Below are positions 40,547 through 49,346 of a stretch of DNA of 64,000 nt, one piece after another; within the stretch, counting starts at the first letter, position 1; each line of letters opens with the position of its first letter. Under the pieces are notes generated by a model. It had not been told where the DNA came from. It ran no database searches and saw nothing but the letters and a program-made list of their open reading frames with translations. Source of the DNA: Acidobacteriota bacterium (GTDB lineage: Bacteria; Acidobacteriota; CAIWXX01); the NCBI GenBank assembly GCA_040755995.1, contig JBFMAF010000010.1:288001-352000 (forward strand), in the 5' to 3' direction. A program made the position numbers and the translations under genes.

Positions 40547-42340
40547 CTACGAATGGTCCGCGTCAGGCCCGCGAATGCCCAGCTTCTTCATCTTCCACCA
40601 CAGCCCCTGAAACGTGATCCCCATCTCTCGCGCCGTCTTCGACTTGTTCCAGTTGTTCTTGTCGAGCAGCCCGAGGATTCTCTCTCTCTCGTCGTCGGTG
40701 GAGATACCCGCAGTCGCAGCCACGGGGTGTTCCTTACGCTCCCGGCGAATGTGCTCAGAGAGCATGCCGTGACCGATCACCTCGGCATCGGCGGTAAGCG
40801 TCACGAGCCGGTAGATCTCGTTCTTTAGTTGTCGCACGTTCCCGGGCCACGCGTGGCTCTGGAGGGCTTCGTGCGCAGCCCGCGAGAACCCGCCGATTGT
40901 CTTCTTCTCGCTCTTGCAGAACTGCCCCACGAAGTAGTCGATCAGCACCGAGATGTCTTCCCTACGCTGCCGCAGCGGCGGGACGACCATCTCATGCTGG
41001 GCGAGGCGGTAATATAGATCTTCCCGAAACCGCCTTTCGTTGATAAGTCTGGCAAGGTCGGAGTTGGTAATCGAGATGATCCGCAGGTCCACCTTCGTGG
41101 GGCTGACTCCTCCAAGCCTGAAGAACTCGTGCGACTCGATGGCGCGGAGCAGCTTGGCCTGCAGCATGAGCGGCATGTCCCCGATTTCGTCCAGCACCAG
41201 AGTCCCACCTGATGCCATCTCCAACTTCCCATGCTTGCTCCTGTGGGCACCGGTGAACGCCCCCTTCTCGTGCCCGAACAACTCGGACTCGAGCAGTGTC
41301 TCCGGGATCGCGGCGCAGTTGATCGCCACGAACGGCCGGGACGCTCTCTTGGACGAACGATGGATCAACCTCGCCAGCAGCTCCTTCCCTGTCCCGCTCT
41401 CTCCGCGGATCAAGACCGGGATGTCGCTGAGCGCGATCTTGCGCGCCTGCTGGCAGAGGCTGAGCATCTCCGGATTCTGAGTGACGATCTCATCTTCGGG
41501 CTCCCCGAGTCTGATTGTCTGATCCTCGGAGGGGCCCGAGGGCACCCTCGACAGGACCTCGATCTCCATCGCCAGAAGCTGCAGGAACCTGTCCAACAGC
41601 TCGCGATTCTCGCCGCCCCGCTGTGCAGGCACGTGGATCAGGGCACCCGCCTTGTCCTTGAGCTTGACTGGAAAACAGGCGAATCCTCGTGCCTCGCAGA
41701 ACAGGCGCAGCTCAGAGCAGTTCGCAACGAGAGGCCCCAGCTTCTCGATCTCGCTCAGGACTTCACGGCTCTCCGAGCGGCCCTTCTGGGCCGAGACGAC
41801 GGACAGCTCATCACCGCTGGAGGTGAGCACATAGACGCTGCCAAGGTCCGGTATGGTTGGCAGCAAGACTGACAGGAGTCCGAATACCTCGTTGAGCTGG
41901 GCGCCGTCGACACCCGCCTGCATCAGGCGCCGGAGCACGTCCGAATAGGCATCGGAAGCATCCTTGGTCTTGACTGTGCCAAGATCCCGATCATCAGCTC
42001 CGGCGAGCCGCGTGGAGATCTGTTTGGGTTGGGACACGACGTCGAACTGCTCCGCCTCACCCTCCCTCAGCGTGAACTCCATGGTCTTGATGCTGAACGA
42101 CTCGCCCATGCGCAGCTCAGCCTCCTCGACTCGGACTCCATTCACCACTGTGCCGTTCATCGAACCGAGGTCGCGCAGTATCACATGATCGCCATGTTCT
42201 TCGATCGTCAAATGCGACCTCGACACGAATTCCTCGTCCAGCACCAGGTCGTTTTCCGAGCCCCGTCCAACGCGCACGATCGGCCTCCGGATGCAGAAGT
42301 TCCTGAACAGCCCGTCGCGCTGGTAGGACAAGTACTTCAC
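40547..42340 (-). CDS. Sigma54 enhancer-binding protein: FHA - GAF-like - AAA+ - Fis HTH
   Basis: FHA VGR..SRSH..DLGSMNGT; Walker A GESGTGKE; intact GAFTGA; LDEIGDM; FREDLYYRL; WPGNVRQL; NWNKSKTAREMGI. Confidence 0.95.
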   Translation of the reverse strand: MKYLSYQRDGLFRNFCIRRPIVRVGRGSENDLVLDEEFVSRSHLTIEEHGDHVILRDLGSMNGTVVNGVRVEEAELRMGESFSIKTMEFTLREGEAEQFDVVSQPKQISTRLAGADDRDLGTVKTKDASDAYSDVLRRLMQAGVDGAQLNEVFGLLSVLLPTIPDLGSVYVLTSSGDELSVVSAQKGRSESREVLSEIEKLGPLVANCSELRLFCEARGFACFPVKLKDKAGALIHVPAQRGGENRELLDRFLQLLAMEIEVLSRVPSGPSEDQTIRLGEPEDEIVTQNPEMLSLCQQARKIALSDIPVLIRGESGTGKELLARLIHRSSKRASRPFVAINCAAIPETLLESELFGHEKGAFTGAHRSKHGKLEMASGGTLVLDEIGDMPLMLQAKLLRAIESHEFFRLGGVSPTKVDLRIISITNSDLARLINERRFREDLYYRLAQHEMVVPPLRQRREDISVLIDYFVGQFCKSEKKTIGGFSRAAHEALQSHAWPGNVRQLKNEIYRLVTLTADAEVIGHGMLSEHIRRERKEHPVAATAGISTDDERERILGLLDKNNWNKSKTAREMGITFQGLWWKMKKLGIRGPDADHS

Positions 42341-42476
42341 GCCACCCCGCCTCTTTCCCGAGTCGATCCGCAAGCTTTGTCGCGCCGCAGGATATCAGGA
42401 GGCGCGGCCGGCGGCAACCCAGCGTCTGAATGCGTGGCCTCACAGCGTTCTTTCGACTCCTGCCATCCTGACCCTT

Positions 42477-42492
42477 TGCAGCAATCGTGCCA
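42477..42492 (-). promoter_or_regulatory. Sigma54 promoter TGGCACGATTGCTGCA in front of the activator gene
   Basis: TGGCAC-N5-CTGCA, one mismatch to consensus, minus strand, about 135 bp upstream of the activator start. Confidence 0.8.
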
Positions 42493-42576
42493 CTCCGGCA
42501 TGTTTGGGCATAGACAACCGCCAGTCGGCGTGTCTCTGGGCCCGGAATGAGACCACCGATCTCAGAACGCATTCGT

Positions 42577-42615
42577 TTTGACTCTAAAGAGGGGCTTGAT
42601 ACTTTATAAAGAGTC
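42577..42615. promoter_or_regulatory. Candidate shared UAS: TTTGACTCTAAAGA...CTTGATA-CTT-TATAAAGAGTC
   Basis: AT-rich imperfect inverted repeat midway between two divergent sigma54 motifs. Confidence 0.7.
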
Positions 42616-42706
42616 TGCAACCCGAGCCACCGATAGCAACCCTTGTTGCGCCGCAAACGTCCAGCCTGCCCATGATCTCGGAGATGGACTGACCACGATG
42701 AATAGA

Positions 42707-42722
42707 TGGCACCGTCTTTGCA
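42707..42722 (+). promoter_or_regulatory. Sigma54 promoter TGGCACCGTCTTTGCA
   Basis: Perfect TGGCAC-N5-TTGCW; 65 bp before CDS 42787; 112 bp after the UAS at 42595. Confidence 0.88.
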
Positions 42723-42786
42723 CCCTGATTTTGAAGAGGAAACACGAGCCTGGATTTGCTGTCAGAGTGAACATGAGGAGGAATGA

Positions 42787-43260
42787 ATGACTCAACGAGC
42801 TAGATTTCGATGGATTGCGCCCCTGACGATCCTGGGCATCCTGACCGCCGTGGATGGCGCACTCGCGCGACCCAGCGCCGTACCCAGCCTGGTCGGGCAG
42901 TGGAAGATCGTCGGGATGACAGGCGCCAACTACGAAGATGTCTCCGATGTGAATTCCACGCCGGAGTTCGTCTCGGGCGCACCGGCCGACGCTCTGATCG
43001 TGATTACCGGCCAGAAGGCCGGCGCCTTCGCTGGCTACCTGACCGTGGAGGGCGAGAAGCTTCTGCTGACCGGCGTGATCGGCAACGACAACTCAGTGAT
43101 CATGCAGTTCGCAAGCGGCAACAGCCGCCATCTGTTCAGTGGCAAGTACTCGGTAGCCGGCAAGAAGAAGCAGATCAAGGGCAGCTACCACGGCTACGAG
43201 GAGTTCACCGCATCGATTCCCTCGATGTCGAATGGATCTATGGAATTGGAGAAGAAGTGA
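42787..43260 (+). CDS. Small secreted beta-barrel-like protein
   Basis: GAGGAGG RBS; signal peptide ending in ALA; PSLVGQWK motif. Confidence 0.75.
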   Translation: MTQRARFRWIAPLTILGILTAVDGALARPSAVPSLVGQWKIVGMTGANYEDVSDVNSTPEFVSGAPADALIVITGQKAGAFAGYLTVEGEKLLLTGVIGNDNSVIMQFASGNSRHLFSGKYSVAGKKKQIKGSYHGYEEFTASIPSMSNGSMELEKK

Positions 43261-43418
43261 ACAGCTCGACGCTGTCGCGCCTCTGCGGGGCGCGGACACG
43301 ACGCCCTGGCGACGCGACGTTCAAGCATCTCGAATTTCGTCAGGGCCCGTGGCAGATTTCCGAGAAGCGGGTGGCGGCCAGCTGAGAGAAGATTGCGTTC
43401 GTGGATGAGGAGGTCTAA

Positions 43419-45938
43419 ATGAATAGAGCCTTGATGCGACCTCATGGGTTGAGATTACTGGTTGGTCTGGCGGCGCTACCTGTGCTGTGTGAAGGCCACC
43501 GTGTTGTTAGCGCTGCTCACGCCGCGCGCGACAGTACCGGCAAGGTGGTCTACGTGAACAAGAGTGCCGCGGGCGCGCCTCACGACGGAACATCCTGGGA
43601 GAGGGCGTTCCTGACGGTGAAGGAGGGCATCAAAGCGGCGACGGCCGGTGACGAGGTGTGGGTGGCCAAGGCCACCTACGTCGAGTGTATCGATCTGAAG
43701 GATGGGATTCTGCTCTATGGCGGGTTCAACGGTACGGAAACAGCAAGGGATCAGAGAGACTGGAAAAAGAACATCACGATCTTGGATGGCAATCGCAAAG
43801 GCTGTGTCGTGGATGTGGCGCTCCTGCTGAAGGAAACCAGGGTGGATGGATTCACCGTACGGAACGGCAAAGCCGACAGTGGAGGTGGGATAAGCCACTA
43901 CGCTAGCCCGCTTGACCTCCTCACCATCGCGAACAACATCATCTCTGGCAACTCCGCAGTGGAAGGCGGCGGCATCTTTCTTGGTGCAGAGGCCAGCGTC
44001 ATCGACAATATCATCAGTGGAAACACGGCCGAGGAAGCCGGCGGGGGTATCCTCTGTGCCTTGTCCTGGGTCACCATTAACGGAAACGAGATCAGAGATA
44101 ATGACGCGCGCGATGCTGGCGGCATCTACGGTGATGAGATGGATGGCGAAATCTCCAACAACATTTTCTCCGGGAACTCTGACTTCGCCATCCGCTGCAA
44201 CACCGCTAGCAATGCAAGGATCCTGAACAACGTTCTCTCTCTGAATGAAAGGGGCGGTATCGTCTGCTATCTCTCGAATCCGAAGATATACAACAATACG
44301 ATCTTCGGGAATGGGCTGTACGAGGATAGTACGGGAGAGGGCATACTCCTGAGAAGCTCATCTCCGTCGATCGCGAACAACATCGTGGCTTTCAACAAGA
44401 TTGGCATCGATGCCACCGACTCCAAGACCCATCCCCGCTCCAACTGCATCGCCAGAAACACAACAGACTACGACGGAATCAAGCCGGGCGAGGGGGATTT
44501 CTCCTCAGATCCGTTGATCAGTCCTGTATCTGCGGAATTCCACATCATGTCGATATCGCCGTGCATCAACAGGGGTGACAACAGCTTCGTGGAGAGCAGC
44601 TGGCTGGACATCGACGGCGAACCGCGAATCAATGGCGGCGCAGTTGATGTTGGGGCGGACGAGTTTCACTATGGATCCACGACGAAGAAGCCCAATGCGC
44701 CAAAGGAGTTGAAGGCCAAAGCAAAGAGCAAGGAGGCAATCGAGCTCAAGTGGAAGGACAACTCGAACAACGAATCAGGGTTCACCATCGAGCGGCGTGA
44801 CGGCGGCCAGGGAGTCTGGTCGACGGTCGCCGTCGCAGATGTGAATGCGAAGAAGCATAGCGATGGCGAGCTGAAATCCGGCACCACATACCAATACCGG
44901 CTCCGGGCATTCAACATCATCGGCTACTCTGGATACTCGAACGTCTCCCAAGCCAAAACGAAAGCGATCATGGAACTCCGGGCGCTGAATGACACGCCTG
45001 CAGGGATTGGAAGCCATGAGATGATCGACCTCGCCTCAGCCGCAACGCCCTCGGATGCACCCCGCAGCCTGGGAAGCCTCTTGGCGGTCGATCCTATAGT
45101 CGGAGACCTGCAGTATGTGCCCGCCACTGGACCGAACGGCTTCTTGCAGGGCAGCCCCAAGTCCGAGGGGTGTCGAGCCGCGAACGAACAGCAGTTCCGT
45201 CGCATTCTCACGCGGAACTTCCTTTTGATGAAGACGGAGGTGACACAGGGCATGTGGGCGGAGCTGAAGGACGCACAGCCGAGTCTACCTGCCAACAAGA
45301 GCCGCTTTCGCGGAGAGAACAGACCAGCGGATGGCGTTACATGGTTCGAGGCAGTCCTGTTCGCCAATGTCCTTTCGAGCGAAAGAGGGTTGAAGCGCTG
45401 CTACTATGCGGACAGCTCCAGGAAGATCCCCATCGACGCGGGCAACTACAAGTCCGGCAAATACTACTGTGACTTCAGGGCCAACGGTTTCCGTCTGCCT
45501 ACGGAGGGAGAGTGGGAGTATTTCACGCGCGCAGGCAGAAGCGGGCCCTTCTGCATAGGCGAGCCGAAATACAATTCGACCACTTGTCACAACCATGGGC
45601 CCGGCCTCTTCCCTGGCTTGGAGTCGGCAGCCTGGTTCAGCGCCAATGCCGATGGAACCACGCATGCAGTCGGCGAGAAGAAAGCCAACTCATGGAACCT
45701 GCGTGACGTACACGGCAACGTCAAGGAGTGGTGCTGGGACTGGGAGGAGCGGTATCCAACAGGAACACAAACCGACTATGCCGGCCCATCGTCGAGTTGG
45801 CTGAATGCCCGAATCTGCCGTGGCGGGAGCTGGAACACCGGTGCGTCCACCTGCAGATCCGCGTCCCGCGACTGGGGACCCCCGGCCCAGCGTTCCTGCG
45901 TCTACGGTTTTCGGCTCGTCAGGGTAGTGGGCAAGTGA
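43419..45938 (+). CDS. Secreted protein: right-handed beta-helix + FN3 + FGE/SUMF1 domain
   Basis: DGTSWERAF, NNIISGNSA..GGGI repeats, SPCINRG..DIDGEPR..VDVGADE, LKWKDNSNNESGFTIER (FN3), FRLPTEGEWEY, RGGSW, YGFRLV. Confidence 0.88.
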   Translation: MNRALMRPHGLRLLVGLAALPVLCEGHRVVSAAHAARDSTGKVVYVNKSAAGAPHDGTSWERAFLTVKEGIKAATAGDEVWVAKATYVECIDLKDGILLYGGFNGTETARDQRDWKKNITILDGNRKGCVVDVALLLKETRVDGFTVRNGKADSGGGISHYASPLDLLTIANNIISGNSAVEGGGIFLGAEASVIDNIISGNTAEEAGGGILCALSWVTINGNEIRDNDARDAGGIYGDEMDGEISNNIFSGNSDFAIRCNTASNARILNNVLSLNERGGIVCYLSNPKIYNNTIFGNGLYEDSTGEGILLRSSSPSIANNIVAFNKIGIDATDSKTHPRSNCIARNTTDYDGIKPGEGDFSSDPLISPVSAEFHIMSISPCINRGDNSFVESSWLDIDGEPRINGGAVDVGADEFHYGSTTKKPNAPKELKAKAKSKEAIELKWKDNSNNESGFTIERRDGGQGVWSTVAVADVNAKKHSDGELKSGTTYQYRLRAFNIIGYSGYSNVSQAKTKAIMELRALNDTPAGIGSHEMIDLASAATPSDAPRSLGSLLAVDPIVGDLQYVPATGPNGFLQGSPKSEGCRAANEQQFRRILTRNFLLMKTEVTQGMWAELKDAQPSLPANKSRFRGENRPADGVTWFEAVLFANVLSSERGLKRCYYADSSRKIPIDAGNYKSGKYYCDFRANGFRLPTEGEWEYFTRAGRSGPFCIGEPKYNSTTCHNHGPGLFPGLESAAWFSANADGTTHAVGEKKANSWNLRDVHGNVKEWCWDWEERYPTGTQTDYAGPSSSWLNARICRGGSWNTGASTCRSASRDWGPPAQRSCVYGFRLVRVVGK

Positions 45939-46260
45939 CAAATCGCGGATTTCGCGAGAACTCTTGCGGATGTAGAAACGAGATTCCTTCTTTCCTGGAG
46001 GGATGAAATGAGAGCATGCACAGCCGAGCATCCAATGTACCTCCGTGCCGTGGGGCTGGAAGCTCCTGGCAGTGACATCTACTCGATGAGCACCACTTGT
46101 TGCTACGCCGACATGGGTGTGAGTCGCAGGGCGTTGCGCTACCCGGAGCGAGCCGGTAAGATCGGTGCCGGCAACGGGCGGTGAGTTCACGCGGTCTGTC
46201 CCGCCGAGCAGTGTGCGGAATCTCAGGGACTGGGACCCGGAGAAGTGCCGGAGGCAAATC

Positions 46261-48414
46261 ATGAGGCAAGGCTATCATTGGTGGGAGAGGTCGGCTCGTT
46301 CTGCACTTGTTCGGGTTTTCTGCGTGATCACTATGGCCCACACGGGCATTTCTGGCCATGCCCAGAGCACCCCCGCTCCATATGCGACGAAGACGGTGTC
46401 GCCCCATGGGGTCGTGAATCCAGACGGCACCATCGCAACGGACAGGGGGCTGGCATGCGCGGTCGACCTTCGGGGGTGGGACGTGACACTCGACTCGCAG
46501 CGTGGTCCCGTTCTCAGGCCCAAGCATCGGGCAATGGGATCTACGCTTGCGCCCGGCTGGTCGGCGCTCGCCAATCAGGGGCTCAACGAGTATGTCTGCG
46601 CTCTGGCGGTGGTCGGGAGCGATCTGTATGTGGGTGGATATTTCACGCAGACGTACGACGGGAGCGTGAAGAACCTTAACTACATCGCGAAGTACAGCGG
46701 TGGCACTTGGTCGGCGCTGGCCAACAACGGGCTGGACAACGCTGTCCACGCTTTGGCGGTGGCCGGGAGCGATCTATATGTCGGTGGAGCGTTCTCGCAG
46801 ACGTACGACGGGAGCGTGTCGGACCTCAACGGGATCGCTAAGTATAGCACCGGGACGGGATCGTGGTCCGCCCTCGCCAATCAAGGGCTGGGCGGCGGCG
46901 CGGTCTTCGCTCTGGCCGTGAGCGGGAGCGATCTCTATGTCGGCGGTAACTTCACGGACACACACGACTGGAGTGTCGAGCTCAACAACATCGCTAAGTA
47001 CAGCGGTGGCACGTGGTCCGCCCTGGCCAATCGAGGACTGGACGCCCATGTCATAGCCCTCGCGGTGGTCGGGGGCGATGTGTATGTCGGCGGTATCTTT
47101 ACGCAGACATACGATGGGAGCGTGGGGAACCTCAACAACATCGCCAAGTATAGCGCCAGCAAATGGTCCGCCCTGGCGAATCACGGACTAGACAACATCG
47201 TCCTGTCTCTAGCGGTGGTCGGGAGCGATCTGCATGTGGGTGGAGACTTCAGGCAGACAGCCGACGGGAGCGTGACCAACCTGAATTACATCGCCAAGTA
47301 CAGCACCGGCACATGGTCGGCGCTAGCCAACAAGGGGCTAGACGGTCATGTCCACGCTCTGGCGGTGGTCGGGAGCGACTTGTATGTCGGTGGAGGGTCG
47401 GGGCACACAGCCGACGGGAGCGTGGGGAATCTTAACGAGATCGCCAAGTACAGCGGCGGCACGTGGTCCGCCCTCGCCAACCAGGGCCTGAGCCCCCAAC
47501 CGGTCAATGTTCTGGCGGCAAGCGGGAGCGATCTATATGTCGGTGGAGATTTCATGCGGACATATGACTGGAACGTGGTGAACCTCAACCACATCGCCAA
47601 GTACTCCACGTCTTCCTGTTCCGCTCCGTCGATCACGACGCAGCCCGCGAGCCAGACCATTGGGACGGGCAGCCAGGCCACTCTCACGGTCATCTCTTCC
47701 GGCGATGAGCCATTCCACTACCAGTGGTACCAGGGCGCGACCGGCGCTACGACAACGCCCGTCGGCACGGATTCGAGTTCCTTCACAACGCCCGCGCTCA
47801 CCGCCAACGCGCAATACTGGGTCCGGGTGACGAACGCGTGCGGCCAGGCCGACAGCAACACAGCCACGATCACCGTGGTCGCTGGCTGCGTCGCCCCGAG
47901 CATCGCCACCCACCCGCAGAGCCAGACGATCACCAGAGGATCGACAGCCACCCTGACAGTGATCACCACCGGCGATGCCCCGATGCACTACCAGTGGTAC
48001 CAGGGTGCGACCGGAGACACCTCGAATCCGGTCGGCACCAATTCCAATTCGTACGCGGCCTCGCCGCTGACAACGACGAGCTTCTGGGTCCACGTCTCGA
48101 ACGGATGCGGCCAGGCCGACAGCAACGCGGCGGTGATCACGGTCAACTTCGCGTCCGGCGTGGTCATCACCGGCATAAGGAGCAAGAAGAGCACCCCGAA
48201 CTCGCCAGCGAAGATCAAAGGAACGGGCTTCGTCACCGACAAGAAGAAGGTCACGGTGAAGTTTGGAACCCTAAAGGCAACGGTGATCAAGGCGACCACT
48301 ACCGCCATCACCGTGAAGATCCCGAAGAGATGCAAGAAGGGCACAACATACCAGGTTGTCGTGACGATCAGCGGCAAAGGCGCGAGCAACCCATGGCCGT
48401 TCACAGTCAAATGA
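46261..48414 (+). CDS. Secreted protein: seven about 50-aa repeats (7-blade propeller) + 2 Ig-like + Lys-rich C-terminal IPT/TIG
   Basis: GGAGG RBS; 7x WSALAN.GL...ALAV.GSDLYVGG.F..T.DGSV..LN.IAKYS; 2x PSI.T.P.SQTI..YQWYQG; IKGTGF..SNPWPFTVK. Confidence 0.9.
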   Translation: MRQGYHWWERSARSALVRVFCVITMAHTGISGHAQSTPAPYATKTVSPHGVVNPDGTIATDRGLACAVDLRGWDVTLDSQRGPVLRPKHRAMGSTLAPGWSALANQGLNEYVCALAVVGSDLYVGGYFTQTYDGSVKNLNYIAKYSGGTWSALANNGLDNAVHALAVAGSDLYVGGAFSQTYDGSVSDLNGIAKYSTGTGSWSALANQGLGGGAVFALAVSGSDLYVGGNFTDTHDWSVELNNIAKYSGGTWSALANRGLDAHVIALAVVGGDVYVGGIFTQTYDGSVGNLNNIAKYSASKWSALANHGLDNIVLSLAVVGSDLHVGGDFRQTADGSVTNLNYIAKYSTGTWSALANKGLDGHVHALAVVGSDLYVGGGSGHTADGSVGNLNEIAKYSGGTWSALANQGLSPQPVNVLAASGSDLYVGGDFMRTYDWNVVNLNHIAKYSTSSCSAPSITTQPASQTIGTGSQATLTVISSGDEPFHYQWYQGATGATTTPVGTDSSSFTTPALTANAQYWVRVTNACGQADSNTATITVVAGCVAPSIATHPQSQTITRGSTATLTVITTGDAPMHYQWYQGATGDTSNPVGTNSNSYAASPLTTTSFWVHVSNGCGQADSNAAVITVNFASGVVITGIRSKKSTPNSPAKIKGTGFVTDKKKVTVKFGTLKATVIKATTTAITVKIPKRCKKGTTYQVVVTISGKGASNPWPFTVK
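46558..47610 (+). repeat. Seven intragenic tandem repeats of about 150 bp
   Basis: Nucleotide-level recurrence of tggtc(g/c)gc(g/c)ct.gc.aa and gggagcgatct.tatgt.gg.gg. Confidence 0.9.
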
Positions 48415-48676
48415 CAGGAAGAGCACAGAGAGGTGATGGCAGGAGGAGCGAACGAAACATCTCAACGAGTCTCAGCATATCGGAGTAGCTAGGAACGAGT
48501 TGCCAGTGTCCCCTTGGTCGTACCGCAGGAATTGGGACGGCACTCAGGTAGTCCGCGCTGAGCTCCGGCGGGCTCTGGTCCGTCAAGACGATTCCCTCAC
48601 CACCGGGCTGGACGGCGGCCAGCCCTCAGGGCTTCATCGGCCGCCCGCCGCCAAGGCTGGTCGCGGTGCCTCGCTA

Positions 48677-49240
48677 CTAGCCCTCCCGGAGGAGCCGGCG
48701 GAATCGCGCGTTCGCGAACTCTGTCGACGCATCGACCAGCTCCTCGTACAGCCGCGTGCGGCCCAGCACCGGGTAAACCAGACGCAAGAACATCGGTCCC
48801 TTCACCTCGACGAAGAACCAGCGCTTCTCCTCGTCCGGAATCGTCGGACAACCGTACAGATTGTCGATGACGTCGCACGTCTTGAGCGCCCACGCGTCCG
48901 GATCGCGCGCCCGTCGCAGCCGGTCCACCATCCGGGCCCAGCGGCGGTTCTTGTCGGTATCGGATCGGTCGTGGCTCGACAGGTCGACGAGCCGAACCGT
49001 TCGTGACGAAAACCCCAGACCGCGCAGCTCAGCCAGGGTCGTGTCGCCGTCCTCCACAATGTCGTGTAGGAGACCGGCCAGGACCACATCCTTCGGATAC
49101 CCATGCCGGCGCAGCCTGTCGGAAACCCGGATGCTGTGACGGTACAACATCTGATCGGTGGCGCCCTTTCGCAGACCTTTGATGCGCTGCCTGATCAGGC
49201 GCCTCGCCAGACGATCCAGTGCTTCCGCCTGAGCTGCCAC
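48677..49240 (-). CDS. Stand-alone HD-domain protein (RelA/SpoT-hydrolase-like)
   Basis: RKG...YRHSIRV, LAGLLHDIVEDG, LKTCDVIDNL. Start uncertain. Confidence 0.8.
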   Translation of the reverse strand: MAAQAEALDRLARRLIRQRIKGLRKGATDQMLYRHSIRVSDRLRRHGYPKDVVLAGLLHDIVEDGDTTLAELRGLGFSSRTVRLVDLSSHDRSDTDKNRRWARMVDRLRRARDPDAWALKTCDVIDNLYGCPTIPDEEKRWFFVEVKGPMFLRLVYPVLGRTRLYEELVDASTEFANARFRRLLREG

Positions 49241-49346
49241 GTGTCTCACTCTACCATCCGGCTTCGAGGCATTCAAACGCCCGCGCCGCATCGCCACGCC
49301 GCGCGACTGACACTTGCCCGTCGATCTGTATTAGAATCGCAGCAAG

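Noticed and set aside
19172..45938. Complete diversity-generating retroelement
   Set aside because: No reverse transcriptase, Avd gene or adenine-variant template repeat found in the window.
46558..47610. CRISPR array
   Set aside because: Repeats are in-frame, degenerate protein repeats with no repeat-spacer structure and no cas genes.
48430..48670. Small RNA or selenoprotein (minus-strand MKP*GLAAVQ...) between the propeller gene and the HD gene
   Set aside because: No RBS, no recognisable family and no convincing structure.
19000..49300. Prophage or integrative element as the vehicle of the island
   Set aside because: No integrase, transposase, phage genes, tRNA or att-like direct repeats were detected.
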